Source of the DNA: Carcharhinus amblyrhynchos | Lineage: Eukaryota | Direction of reading: 5' to 3' | Length of the DNA stretch: 64,000 bases | NCBI GenBank assembly: GCA_965287045.1 | Contig: OZ336903.1 | Coordinates: 1,302,001 to 1,366,000 of the forward strand | Part shown: positions 39,101 through 51,000 of the stretch, one piece after another | Numbering within the stretch: position 1 is the first letter of the stretch | Layout of the letters: each line of letters opens with the position of its first letter | Program-made: the position numbers and the translations under genes | Notes under the pieces: model-generated | What the model saw: the letters and a program-made list of their open reading frames with translations, nothing else | Database searches by the model: none | Told to the model about the DNA's origin: nothing

Positions 39101-41202
39101 TTCCAGTCGGCAATGTATGCTATTCTAACAGTGGCGGCGATCTATACCCAGACTGCACTGTTCAGCTAGAATTTCAATTCATGTCTGTTCCCTCTGTACA
39201 ACAGACCCAGTGGAGTATTTAATTCTACCTGCCGACGTATCTGAGTTGGATTCAGTGGTCAATCTAATTTTCTTATTCACTTGCTGTGGTTTTAGGAGAC
39301 TAATGAACTGGAAATGCAACTTTGCTCAAAGTATATTGTGATAATTTTCGGCAAGTTCAGTCAACGATTTCAGTATTTACTTCATAACTGCGAGCTTACT
39401 GGCGATTCCATACAAAAAAAATGAGATTAGTTTATTGATCAGAGGATTTATTGCATCACAACATAACATTTGTTCTGCTTTCTTTTATAAGACCTGTTCT
39501 TTCAAGCAACTGCAAAGTCCAAACAGTATGTTTAAGATTTTATTTCGCGGACTCTCTGTCCTTTACTGTGTGAAGTGTTTGATAACAGGAATGGGACGCT
39601 TCTCTATCAGTTAACCAGCATTTTCAGTGACATTCGGATTAATAAATACAACCAAAGAGGCACCTTGAGAACCGAGCGAAAATAAACCAAGTCAATGAGT
39701 TTTATCGGAGCAAAACTACTTGACCTGTGGAAGGAGATGAAAGAACAGGTCTCGATCTGCCACAGAAAACGGCATGAGACACAGAGAACATGAAAGCGTG
39801 GCATACTTTTGAGAAATAAAAGTTATTAGAAACTAAAAAAAAAACTGCATGGAAATATTAATTGAACACATTCTGGTAATATTCCGGTCGGAGATATGAG
39901 GCAATTGAGCAAAAAACGTCACAAAGCAAATCACACATATTTAGGAAATTACATTATCAACATAACAAGATCAGTATTTTCTTCATATTAATGAAATTAA
40001 GTAATGACATTATTAATTGCAATTCATACAAATGCGTTAAAATGCATTATTCACAGACCTAGCCCAACACTATGAGGCTGAGACACCTAATTTAAATGAT
40101 TTGTCGGTTTTCTCTCTACACGGGGTTCAGACGGAAAATATACCGAGAAATAACAAGAGAAATATATGTGGACGGTCCTCGCTAAACAGCCTGCATTTTT
40201 AAACACAGTGAGTTGGCTTCCACTCAAACTCCTTTTCAGCAGATTCTAACAGCCACTGCTCCCATTTGTACCAACACAAATCAAGTAATCTGAATAGAGG
40301 TTTTACAGTAATATGTTGTCTATGCACAAGTGCGGCCTTTCCATTCAATTTTATATTTAAATTTCAGGTTGCCGTCAGTCTCGGCCGAGAAATTAAAACA
40401 TGCATGAATCAGATGTTCTATATTCTAAATATATTTGAAAGGAAATAAGTTAAAAAAGAAACAGGGAATCTAAATTATTCACCAACTGAAACTTGTGCGA
40501 CTTAAATTCCCAATTCCAATGCACACTTCATAACAATGAAGGACACATTTGAATATATTAAAACATGTTTCCCTAAGTGGGGCGGGAAAATCGAAAACAT
40601 TGCTGGAGAATATCTACAATGTTACAGATGTATGCTTGACAGCCTATCTTGATTTTCAACTCCAATTTATTTATTCTGCACACGAATGTCAGGTAGACGG
40701 CAATTAAAGACAATTTCCGTTGGGCACTCGTGGCCTCAGAGCAATATTCGGCCACTGTGTTAGGCCCCTACGTCCAAAGTGACTGTGCCGAGTGGAAAAA
40801 AAAACAATTCAGTCTAACGCCACTCGCCTGCTCTTGGCTCCTTTGTGCGTTACAATATTCCAAACACATAAGCAAGTGTATTTTCAATGCGCTGAACACT
40901 TCTTCATCCTCCGGCTTTTTAGACACTGAACTCGCATCCTCTCATTGTAAAATGATGTACATTAATATCCCATTACACCCAGATGGCACTTATTCTTCAA
41001 ATCATCAACGTTCCCTTACATCTGTCACCAACATTTTTATTGTGAAATCTCTCTCTCTATACATATATAACATATATTCACATACACACATGCTAACGTT
41101 TTATGTCAGTGAATTACCACCAGAGATCAGGATACTTTCAATCAATAATAACTCACAGTTGAGAAGCTGCAATGCAATTAGAGTCAGGAAGGAGCGCAGC
41201 AT
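21120..41202 (-). CDS. CD163/WC1(SCART)-like group-B SRCR type-I membrane receptor with 7 SRCR domains; about 941 aa if the exon-8 frameshift is corrected
   Basis: 15 exons, all introns phase 1 with GT-AG: 41157-41202, 36621-36653, 35338-35652, 32632-32946, 31726-32040, 31095-31409, 29462-29776, 28650-28966, 28110-28421, (27943-27969), 27660-27776, 26552-26659, 23374-23484, 22680-22811, 21120-21166. Confidence 0.88.
22180..22600 (+). mobile_element. Degenerate CR1 LINE 3' fragment (intronic)
   Basis: agaagaatgagaggtgatctcattgaaacata...gagatagg cagatt CR1 signature. Confidence 0.7.
22680..22811 (-). CDS. SRCR gene cytoplasmic exon ([44 protein letters not shown])
   Basis: 132 nt, phase 1-1, cttctcag / G|gtgaga; YDDA motif as in WC1-type tails. 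Confidence 0.8.
23374..23484 (-). CDS. SRCR gene cytoplasmic exon ([37 protein letters not shown])
   Basis: 111 nt, phase 1-1, ttaccag / G|gtaagt. Confidence 0.8.
26552..26659 (-). CDS. SRCR gene first cytoplasmic exon ([36 protein letters not shown])
   Basis: 108 nt, phase 1-1; contains the YEEI motif. Confidence 0.85.
27660..27776 (-). CDS. SRCR gene transmembrane exon ([38 protein letters not shown])
   Basis: 117 nt, phase 1-1, G|gtaagg donor; hydrophobic span followed by an RRR stop-transfer signal. Confidence 0.88.
27943..27969 (-). CDS. Possible 27-nt stalk mini-exon (GPDLSLTPS)
   Basis: ttttcatcag acceptor, weak gtattt donor, phase 1-1, Pro/Ser/Thr-rich. Confidence 0.4.
28110..28421 (-). 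CDS. SRCR domain 7 exon
   Basis: [16 protein letters not shown]...GTVCDDSWD...[13 protein letters not shown]; 312 nt. Confidence 0.95.
28650..28966 (-). CDS. SRCR domain 6 exon with a 1-nt deletion at about 28697-28699
   Basis: 317 nt (not 3n); ...QADPW in one frame, [16 protein letters not shown] in another. Confidence 0.9.
29462..29776 (-). CDS. SRCR domain 5 exon
   Basis: [20 protein letters not shown]...[10 protein letters not shown]; 315 nt. Confidence 0.95.
31095..31409 (-). CDS. SRCR domain 4 exon (lacks Cys2 and Cys7)
   Basis: [21 protein letters not shown]...[10 protein letters not shown]...GVGVLCS; 315 nt. Confidence 0.95.
31726..32040 (-). CDS. SRCR domain 3 exon
   Basis: [19 protein letters not shown]...[12 protein letters not shown]; 315 nt. 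Confidence 0.95.
32632..32946 (-). CDS. SRCR domain 2 exon
   Basis: [19 protein letters not shown]...[12 protein letters not shown]; 315 nt. Confidence 0.95.
35338..35652 (-). CDS. SRCR domain 1 exon (lacks Cys2 and Cys7)
   Basis: [29 protein letters not shown]...[14 protein letters not shown]; 315 nt. Confidence 0.95.
36621..36653 (-). CDS. SRCR gene exon 2 ((C)[10 protein letters not shown])
   Basis: 33 nt, phase 1-1; required because joining exon 1 directly to SRCR1 would create TAG. Confidence 0.85.
41157..41202 (-). CDS. SRCR gene exon 1 (signal peptide [15 protein letters not shown])
   Basis: ATG in gacgATGC context, T|gtgagt donor; identical in both duplicates while the flanking intron diverges. 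Confidence 0.85.
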
Positions 41203-42189
41203 CGTCCCGACTGTCGGTTACTGCGATCAGACTTGACTATTCACCGAGTTTTGTACACCGGTACCGCGCTGTCCTTCCAACACTTTCTAAAACACCAAAC
41301 GCTCCAGGAATGAATTCTTTGTTCAGAAAATAATATTTCCTCCCATCTGGTTAACTGATGCTCCCATGTGTGAAATGTAAATTGCTATTTGATAAAAGAT
41401 ACCAATGACAGTTCTATCCACCTCCTTCCCCTGTGCGGCTAACGAGGCCTACATTTTTGATAAGGAAGTGAGTCACTAACCCAGCACCGGATCATCGATT
41501 CATCATATCTTACAGCACAGACACAGGCGACTGAATCAAATGTATATGGAAAATGTTTGCAAATCATATTCAGCTTGGACTGCATTATGTATATTTTTGC
41601 ACTGTTTTCTCACTTTTTTCAAAAAACAATTTCCCAGGAACAGTTGAAGGCCGGGGAGAGGATAAGAGTTAAAATTTCCCTGTTAAATCCAGGGGAAATG
41701 GACTGCTGTGATGTGGAGAAAATGCATAAATTGCATGTCAGATCCAATCACTTTCCTCAAGAAATCTGTGAGTGAGTGTTCTCACCGACAAGTCCAATCC
41801 AATCGGCTGTTTAAGACTCCTATGGACTCCGAATACAGCCTGTATTCACAACCTGATTTTCACATCTTCACAAGGGAAAAGTGAAGACATTTCACTCCAG
41901 CAGCAACTCAAGCAAGAAGTTCAAATCGGTAACATATAGAATTGAAAAAAAATATTTTTGTTCGATTGGAAACACAACTTTTGCTCCTTGCTCTTAGAAC
42001 AACCTCCAAAGTTTTTACAGTCTTCTATTTGGAGAACAATATTCTCGACAGACAGAAAGCCCAATTTATGCATGTTTTTAATATGTAACATTTCTATCCG
42101 GAAATCTTAGATTAAATGCTTCTGTTAAAAGTCTGTTATTCTCTATTTGAACTTAATTACTTTTTGAACATACTTTTGAAGCACCATTA

Positions 42190-42590
42190 CATATCTGAGC
42201 GATTTTGCTGCCTCCGCCCAGTTTAGAGTGACAGAGTTCGGCGGGACTGTGCCGCTCAGAAATACTTCTTATCTGCTGGACAAATGTAATGTTATTTTCA
42301 TGATCAACTTGAGCGTCATTTGAGTGAATATCTTTACAGAGCCGCGTTTAGAGAAGGGAAGCCCACAAACATATTTGTTCCATACAGGAAGAAATGATTC
42401 CTGAGAAGCTGAACAATTGGTATTGAGTTATACTCTGTCATCCCGAAGCAGCTCACTGTCTGCGCAGACTCAAAACACTCGCTGCGCAGTTGCTGAACCG
42501 ACAGGAAGCACCTGGCCTTGTGGTCAGGTCTCTGCTCGCATGTTAGTCGCTGCTACACTTTAATATTGACAGATTGCAATTGCACATTGG
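42190..42590. promoter_or_regulatory. Candidate upstream enhancer (GC box; ETS/E-box/RUNX cluster at 42501-42525)
   Basis: acaggaagcacctggccttgtggtc; near-identical to 7370-7770 (cluster at 7690-7714). Confidence 0.35.
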
Positions 42591-43559
42591 AACTTGTGTC
42601 GGGCAGTGCACTGGGACATGTAAAACTTCAAGTACCTTCATGAATTCGCCAGCAGCATGTGACAGAATGGCATCTACAAATAGTTATCGGGAACTACAGG
42701 AATAGTGTATCGCTAAACCTTATTAAATTTCACTTGTGTTCAACAAATTTGAAATCAATGGTGTGAGATTAAACCGATTGCCTGGGCTGCATAAATCAAT
42801 ATACTACACATAGACCTTTGCCACGCTTAGACGCGGAGGTTCCACCATTCAGCTCCATATCTATTATCCCTCAGTGCTTCCCCCGTGAACACAGCAGACC
42901 GGGAGCACAAGTTCACTTATCGTGCAGAGATGAGAGCAGATAAGAAATTGGGATAATGGGTACAGCTCCTCCTTTATTTCCATAATATCTTGACAGTTTT
43001 TGGTCAGTTTCAATGTATTTCAGTTCCCAAAAATGTATCCAATCTATGAAAGGATAAACTGCAAACACGGAGTGATTTCCATGTGAGTCATTTTGTGACG
43101 TTGGCATCCCTGACTTCCTTTATTACTGAGAGGGCGGCTTAAGCACTGTAGTCACTTTGTGATGCGACAAAGTCTTAAGCAGGTACTGGATGCCATGGAA
43201 ATTACAGTTTCAGATATTGATATGTGATCCAGGATGGAGACTTATTACGGATTGGTTATTTAGGAAATACTGCGGGTATCGAGTCACTTTACGGAGGTTG
43301 AATGAACAAGCATTGGTTGGTCTTTGATATCATTAGCATTCATCTTTCCATTTGGCAGCACCTGTCTGCAAAACACACTTTTCCAGCTAAAATTTCTTAG
43401 GCCTCACATCTCCAAGCAAAAATATATTGGTTATTTACTGTTTGTTTAATCAGTGTCCAAATACCTTGGTGAAGAATCTTATGTATCTGAGTATTAACTG
43501 AAATCCCAACATATCTGCATTAATTCCAATCCCAGAACTCCCAGGTTAACACTCAGTGA

Positions 43560-43760
43560 TTGAACCATAGGATCCCTATTTTGCAGCAGAAGGTCATTCA
43601 ACGCATTGAGTCTGAACTAACTCTCCAACAGAGCATCTTCCTCGTGCTTTATCCCCGTGACTCCACATTTTTTATGCTGCTAAATCCCTAATTTATACAT
43701 CTTGCGACATTAAGGGGCAATGAGTAACTGACCAAACCTGCCCACCTTTACACTGTTTTT
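43560..43760 (-). mobile_element. Degenerate HE1-type SINE fragment
   Basis: Reverse complement of the SINE tail and of the cattaaggggcaa unit. Confidence 0.55.
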
Positions 43761-43837
43761 TTTTTGTAGGAATGGTTCAATTCCTTTATACAAAGGAACG
43801 TTCAATGTATCTCTCTGTCATCTACACCCTGACCACT

Positions 43838-44038
43838 ATGTGGAGATGTCAGTGATGGACTGGGATGGGTTCTGTAAGAAGCCTCACAGCACCAGATAAA
43901 AGTCCAACATGTTTATTTTGTATCACCAGCATTCGGAGCGCTGCCCTTTCATCACCCATCTGATGAAGGAGCAGCGCTCTGAAAACTCCTGATACCAAAT
44001 AAAACTGTTGGACTTTAACCTGGTTTTGTGAGACTTAT
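43838..44038. mobile_element. Inverted pair of Penelope-like pLTRs, each arm with a hammerhead-like core
   Basis: 43875-43954 is the approximate reverse complement of 43960-44038; CTGATGA-aggagcagcgctct-GAAA at 43960-43984. Confidence 0.7.
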
Positions 44039-44384
44039 TGCAATATCCTGCCCATTATCAACCAGACATTTTTTTGCTATTTTGAATACTGCCAAATACT
44101 TAAAGATATCCTACTTGTCTTTTTTTCTGTATATATATCTATTTATATCATGAACAACATCGTGGGCCGAAGGGCCTGTTCTGCGCTGTAATGTTCTGTG
44201 TTCTATGTTCTATAATAAGTTAACTTGTACTGATCCTTGTGGTAGCCCTCTGAAAACCAACCTCCATTTCACCAAAACACCCTCTACCTCCAATTTCTGT
44301 GTGTTAACACTGGGTCAGTTATGGACACAACTTGTCATTTTACCCTGGATCCAATGCACTTTTAACTGATCGATCAGTGTCTTT

Positions 44385-45610
44385 TGTCTTTTGTCATTCA
44401 GTGTCTGACGCCTGGCTGGACTCACTCTGTCCTTTCAGGTTCAGTGTCACAGACCTGGCTGGGTTCGATCTGTTATTCGAGATTCAGTGTCACAGGCCTG
44501 TCTGGGTTCGATCTGTTATTTGAGATGCGAATCTCATGCCCGGCAGGTTTGAGGCTGTTCTTTGAGATTCTCTGTCATCGGCCTTCGTTGGTTCACTCTT
44601 TCCTTAAATTCAGTGTCACAGATCTGGCTGGATCCACTGTGTCCTCTCAGATTCAGTGTTGCAGGCCTGGTTCTGTTCAATCTGTCATCTCAGATTCAGT
44701 GTCACAGGCCTGGTTGTATTCACACTGTCCTTTGAGATTCAGTGTCACGGGCCTGGCTGGGTTCACTCTGCCTTTTTAATACAGTGTCACTGAACTGGCT
44801 GGGATCACTGTGTCCTTTCCAGTTTGAGTGTCACAGGTCTGGCTGTATACATTGTATCCTTTGACATTCAGTGTCACAGGCCTGGCTGTGCTCGAAATGT
44901 TATTTGAGATTCAAGCTCTCAGACCTGACAGTGTTCACTCTGTCCATTGAGATTCAGTGTCAGACGCCTGGTTGGGATCAATGTGCTCCTTGAGATTCAA
45001 TGTTACAGGCCTGGCTGGTTTCACTGCGCCCTTTCAGATTCAGTGTCACAGGCCTGGCTGGTTTCACTGCGCCCTTTCAGATTCAGTGTCACAGGCCTGG
45101 CTGGTTTCACTGCGCCCTTTCAGATTCAGTGTCACAGGCCTGGCTGGGATCCGTTCATCTGTTGAGATTCAGTTTCCCAGGCCTGGCTGTCTTCAAACTG
45201 TTACTTGTGATTCAGTGTCACAGACCTGGTGTATACACTGTGTCCTTTGAGATTCAGTCTCACAGGCCTGGCAGGATTCACTCTGCCATTTGAGATTCAG
45301 TGTTACAGGTCTGGCAGGAATCACTGTGTATTTTGAGATTCAGTGTCACAGGCCTGGCTGCGTTTGAAATGTTATTTGAGATTTAGCGTCACAGACTGGG
45401 CTGGGTTCTCTCTGTTCTTTGAGATTCAGTGTCATAGATTTGGCTGTGTTCACTCTGCCCTTTCAGTTTCAGTGTCACGGGCCTGTTTGTGTTCACTGGA
45501 TCTTTTATATTTGAGCATCAGAGGCCTGGCTGGGTTCACTCCGTCCTTTGAGATTTAGTGCCACATGCCTGGCTCGGTTCACTGTGTTATTTGAGGTTCA
45601 GTGTCACAGG
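44385..45610. repeat. 43-bp minisatellite (roughly 28 units), paralog of 7930-9375
   Basis: Same unit; includes three identical consecutive units at about 45006-45140. Confidence 0.9.
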
Positions 45611-45619
45611 CTGGACTGG

Positions 45620-46990
45620 AGATGGAGAGAGTGTGGTGGCTTACTGAGTGCATTGAGACAGCATCACTACCTGATGGAGAGTCAGGTGGCTGAGTGCACT
45701 GAGACAGCATCACCAGCAGATATAGTGTGAGGTGGATCACTGAGTGCAGTGAGATAACATCAACAGCGGATGGAGAGAGTGGGGGGTAACTGAGTGCAGT
45801 GAGACAGCATTAACAGCAAATGGAGAGATGGGTCAATGAGTGCATTGAGTCAGCATCACCAGTAGATGGAGACGGTGAGTATTTTATACTGAATGTGGTA
45901 AGACAGGGACACCAGCAGATGGAGACAGTGAGGGGTAACTGAGAGGACATGGACTGATTGTTGTAATGTGATAAACAAGAAGGATGTTTGTGGGATGTGG
46001 CAGGTCACAGGTTGGGAGTTGAAACTGGGTAAACAGAAGGATAGCAGCAGGATGTGTGAGGTCACAGACTGGTGAAGTGTAGCAGTAAATGAGGGTGTAG
46101 GGTAGATTTTGGAGGACACAGACAATGTGGTGAAATGTGGAGATGACTCAGGATAGCAGAAGTCCTTCTTAGTACAAAGAAATATTGTTGATTTGTAGAT
46201 AGCAGTGAGGATAATAACAGTGTTTGAGGCACACAGAGAGATGTGTGAGAAGAAGAAACAGTGAGGATAACAGTTGGATATGAGAGGACACAGGTAGATT
46301 GGTGAGACATAGTTAGCAGTATGGATAATAGCAGGGTTTGGGATGCCAGACAGATTGCTGAAATTGAGTAAATAATGATGATTATCATCCAATTTGGGAG
46401 GACACAGAGAAATGGGAGAAAGGCAATAGCAGTGAGAGTGACAACAGGAATTGGCAGGACACAGACAGAATGGTGAAATGTTGTAATGAGTGAGGATAGA
46501 GCTAGGATTCTGGAAGACAGGCAGTTTCCTTTAACCTATCAAAGAATAAGGACAACAGGAGGATTTGTCAGGATTTCAAATGTTGGGGATGTATCCAGGC
46601 TTTCAGTGGACACTGACTGATTGGATATCAGTAAGCTTCACTGATTGGATATCAGTAAGCAGTGAGGATATCAATTAGCTTTTGGAGGATCGGGATCCGT
46701 GTTGAAAAGTAGTAAACAACGTGGACAACAGGAGGTTTCAGGGGTGTCAGGCAGAATGGTGAAATGTAATAAACATTGTGGATAAAAACAGTGTTTCGGA
46801 GAACATGCACGGCTTGGTGAAATGTTGGAAAGAGTGACGGTAGAGGCACAACTTAGGAAGCTAATGAGAGATTGTGAGGATAACAACAGGATTTCGAAGA
46901 GGCAGGAAATGGGTGAAATGCACTAAACTGTGCGGATACTGGAGGATTTGAATGTTAAGGGTAGTGCTGGAATGAAACATGGTTCTGCAT
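45620..46990. repeat. Degenerate purine-rich minisatellites
   Basis: Paralog of 9380-10560. Confidence 0.65.
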
Positions 46991-47082
46991 TGAGTTGTCG
47001 GGGAAGTACAGTTCTCTATGTGGCGATCTAAAGCACAAAACTGAAGAGAAAGGAGTCAAACAGTGTATCAAACTGTTAAAAC

Positions 47083-47466
47083 GTTTATTTAGTGGTCTAA
47101 AAATGGACGCTGCTACCAAATGGACATACAGCAATAAGAAACACCAAATTTTGAATGATAATCCCGGCTCTGCTCCACAATGTAATGTGAAATAAGAGCT
47201 TTAATACAGACAGTGCAATACCGGATATACATTCTATTCTGCCACTCATTGAACAGAATGCAGACTCACGCAAACTGAGAAGAAAAATGCAAGTTCATTA
47301 AAAAGAAAAACAGTGCGATGAGTGACTGAATCAGAAACAGCAATACCGATATCTGGAGTTGAAGCGTATTCCACACTTTGTGGAAAAGTTAAGGGGTCTC
47401 CCTTTGATGTAATGCAGAGTCATATATCTGAGGACACCACATCCTGGATTTGTTGATGACTATTAC
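47083..47466 (-). pseudogene. Orphan SRCR-gene terminal exon ((G)NSHQQIQDVVSSDI*) with 3'UTR
   Basis: Homologous to 20763-21166 and 10660-11061; acceptor, stop and AATAAA retained. Confidence 0.6.
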
Positions 47467-49679
47467 CTGAAATTGTAAAATAAATAATGAAAAATGCAAC
47501 AAATTCCACAATTCACTAAAAACATCACATGCTGTTTTTTTTACAATATTCCAGTCCAACAGGCTGTTAATTTCTCTCTAAAACACACTGTACCTTCTCT
47601 CTGATCCTTTCATTATAACTCACCACTGGAAATACTGCAGGTTCTAGATCTTGCTGGATGGTAAGGAGTTGATAAGGAGAGTTTTAGACAACTACATTAC
47701 CAGGGGTAGCAATTGGGAAATGTTAGAATGGTGTGGAACTTCCTGGGACATGAGAGATGATGACACTGCACCCATTTCCTCTTCGTCCTCAAGGGACAAA
47801 TCTCCAAGTTCAGGGAAGTTAACATCCCTATCATTGAGATCATGCTTTGACCACATTGTAGGTCAGAATTTAAGAAAATATAATGGTTGTCTTTTTTTTA
47901 TTCCTCTTGATTAGAGCATTTAGTGAACAGTTAGAAATGTAACAGGTTTGGAGAAAAGGGTGGCTGGGACAAGGACTCAGGGAAGGTCTGCGATGGGCAG
48001 GAGAGAGAATGAGAGAAAAGTGAATCCCCCCGAGCCAAAGGAAATGGAGATGGAGAGGGAAAAGAAACAAAGGAAAAGAAGGTGTGCCTGGTTAAAACAA
48101 TCATCTGTAGATCCAGGATGAATAGGGCTGGAGGGGGAGGCAGGGTTCACTCTGGCTGATCTGCTGTGATCTTGTCCGTGCCCGGCTCGAACTGATCTGT
48201 GCAGCCCAACACACTGGAGAATGTTTGATAGGAAATGAAGATTAGAAATCTAACTAATGTGTCAACTCCTTTAGAGGGTCACACACTGTATTCTAACAAA
48301 CTGAACTGGATTACACTGAATGGGGAGTCATGTAATGTAACCCTCAGAGACTTCATAAATGAGGTGCATTTTTTAAGACGGATTGCAGGGGGTGGGGGGA
48401 GGACTCGGGGGGCGGGAGGGCAGCGGAATTAGATGCAGACTGTAGCCTGGTTGTTCCTATAAACAGGAGCCGATATGTATCTGTGTGTATGTGTGTCTGT
48501 GTCTCTGGGCACAGCTCCCAGAGAGTTTAAAATACTGCATCTCTCTCTCTCTCTCTCCCTCTCTCTCTCTCTGCAGAGCTGCTGCTTAAAGACACATTGA
48601 CAACATTTATCTGACGGAAACATCTCTCTCATTCGCTTCCTCTCCTCCCCCAATGAGTGCTTCTACTCTCAAAAAAGTCTAAACTGTTTTATTTTTTTCA
48701 GCTCTGATCTTTGGTGACTCATTCACCATTAAACACAGGACACACACATTCAAACACCGATACAGACAGAAACAGAGGGGTATTTTTTTGGAAATCAGGA
48801 CGTGAATTGTAAATGCAACAACAAATAACTTGCAAGAAATTGTTTGAGTTCAGGCAGCTTCAGCAAAAAATGAACTTTGCGAGAATCAGCAAAAGATGCA
48901 AACCTGTAACCGATGGAGTTTTGGATGAACAAATTGTACAATCGGCATTCAGGCCTGGTCTCTCCCTGCCTGGGCAAGGGTGCGAGTTACTTTAAACCCA
49001 TTTTCCCTCAGCTCCCAGTATTGGTGATGTGAAGGAAGAGCCTTGGGGTAAACTGTTTGCCTGGTGGTCAGTAAACTACCCACCAACCCCCCTCTCTCTC
49101 TCTCTGTCTTTCCCTCCCTGAAATTAAATTGTCACAATTCACATTGGTGTTTTCCTTCACATTTCATTGAAAGATGAAATATAGAGAGGAATGTCTAGGG
49201 AGAGAGAGAGGGTTGGGATGCCAGGATTGGTAAGAACATTGGAGAAACAGAGACAGGGAAATTCTAAACCCCCCCTCCAAATATATATTCCCGGGGAAAG
49301 AGAGAGAGCAACAAATAGAGTCACACAGCACAGAAACGGGCCACTGAGCCCACCAGGTCTCTGCTGGCCATCAAATCCCAATCTATCCTGCTCCCATTCC
49401 CCAGCACTTGCTGCAGGACCGACGATGCCTCAGCGATTAAAGTGCTTGAATTTACCCGACCCCGTTTCAACCATTTTGTTCCACCTTCGAACCAGATTGT
49501 GGCCCCTAAGCAATATTTTGTTTTTTTTTATGTGTTTTCACTGTTGCAGTGCGGAAAATGCCACAGGCCCAGTGTGTACACAGAAAGATGCCACATCAGC
49601 AGCAGTAATGTGAACCGAGATCAGATGGGACACAGTTCCTCCCATCACACCCTCACACTCTCATCTGCTGTGAGCCCCT

Positions 49680-50352
49680 NNNNNNNNNNNNNNNNNNNNN
49701 NNNNNNNNNNNNNNNNNNNNNNNNNNNNNNNNNNNNNNNNNNNNNNNNNNNNNNNNNNNNNNNNNNNNNNNNNNNNNNNNNNNNNNNNNNNNNNNNNNNN
49801 NNNNNNNNNNNNNNNNNNNNNNNNNNNNNNNNNNNNNNNNNNNNNNNNNNNNNNNNNNNNNNNNNNNNNNNNNNNNNNNNNNNNNNNNNNNNNNNNNNNN
49901 NNNNNNNNNNNNNNNNNNNNNNNNNNNNNNNNNNNNNNNNNNNNNNNNNNNNNNNNNNNNNNNNNNNNNNNNNNNNNNNNNNNNNNNNNNNNNNNNNNNN
50001 NNNNNNNNNNNNNNNNNNNNNNNNNNNNNNNNNNNNNNNNNNNNNNNNNNNNNNNNNNNNNNNNNNNNNNNNNNNNNNNNNNNNNNNNNNNNNNNNNNNN
50101 NNNNNNNNNNNNNNNNNNNNNNNNNNNNNNNNNNNNNNNNNNNNNNNNNNNNNNNNNNNNNNNNNNNNNNNNNNNNNNNNNNNNNNNNNNNNNNNNNNNN
50201 NNNNNNNNNNNNNNNNNNNNNNNNNNNNNNNNNNNNNNNNNNNNNNNNNNNNNNNNNNNNNNNNNNNNNNNNNNNNNNNNNNNNNNNNNNNNNNNNNNNN
50301 NNNNNNNNNNNNNNNNNNNNNNNNNNNNNNNNNNNNNNNNNNNNNNNNNNNN
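49680..50352. other. Assembly gap
   Basis: N run. Confidence 1.
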
Positions 50353-50699
50353 CAGAAAGTGTTGAATTTCCTCTTAAAACGAAAACAAACCATTTTAAAC
50401 AAAATCCCTGCGGTGCACAGCAAGATCCCAGAATTACCTGTCAGTTGTTTCAAACCTTTTTTTTCTAATTTGGTAAAACTTTATACAGAGAGAGAGTGAG
50501 GCAGAGAGGGGCTGAGACAGTGAAATTCACCCCCTCCCCCCCGACACCCTCAGAATTGAATCATAACATGTAGGGCAGCTCGGTGACACAGTGGATTAGC
50601 GCTGCTGCTTCACTGCTCCAGGGGCCCGGTTTCCATTCCTGGCTTGGGGCACTGAGATCCTGTGTCTCTTCCCAACCCCTCCCTGCAACCCACAAACCT

Positions 50700-51000
50700 C
50701 ACCTCATGCTATCTTTTCCTGTTGTCTCCCCTCTCTCCCTCCCTGTCTGTTTCTCTCTTTCTCCCCCTCCCTGTCTGCCTTTCTCTCCCCCCTTCCCTAC
50801 CTGTCTTTCTCTCACTCTCTCTCTTTCCGTGTTTGTCTTTCTCTGACCCTCTTCCTCCCTCCCTTTCTTTTTTTTCCTCTCCACCTCCCTCCATCTCTCT
50901 CTGCTTTCTCTCTCTTCCACTCCCTCCACCTTCCTCGATCTCTCTCTCTCCCTTTGTCTCTCTCTCTCTCTCTCTCTTTCGCGCCCCCCTCCCTCGTCGC
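50700..51000. repeat. CT-rich low-complexity tract
   Basis: Polypyrimidine/(CT)n sequence. Confidence 0.9.

Larger units (their letters stand above)
36593..49070. repeat. Segmental duplication block A, copy 2
   Basis: Colinear with 1-13030; carries an extra insertion at about 42750-44380. Confidence 0.95.

Noticed and set aside
48870-48980. Plus-strand ATG ORF MNFARISKRCKPVTDGVLDEQ… with a possible donor
   Set aside because: The paralog near 12542 lacks the ATG and has indels and a TE insertion; no recognisable product
49442-50453. Long ORFs of 266-307 aa (also 13175-13432)
   Set aside because: They simply run through N gaps
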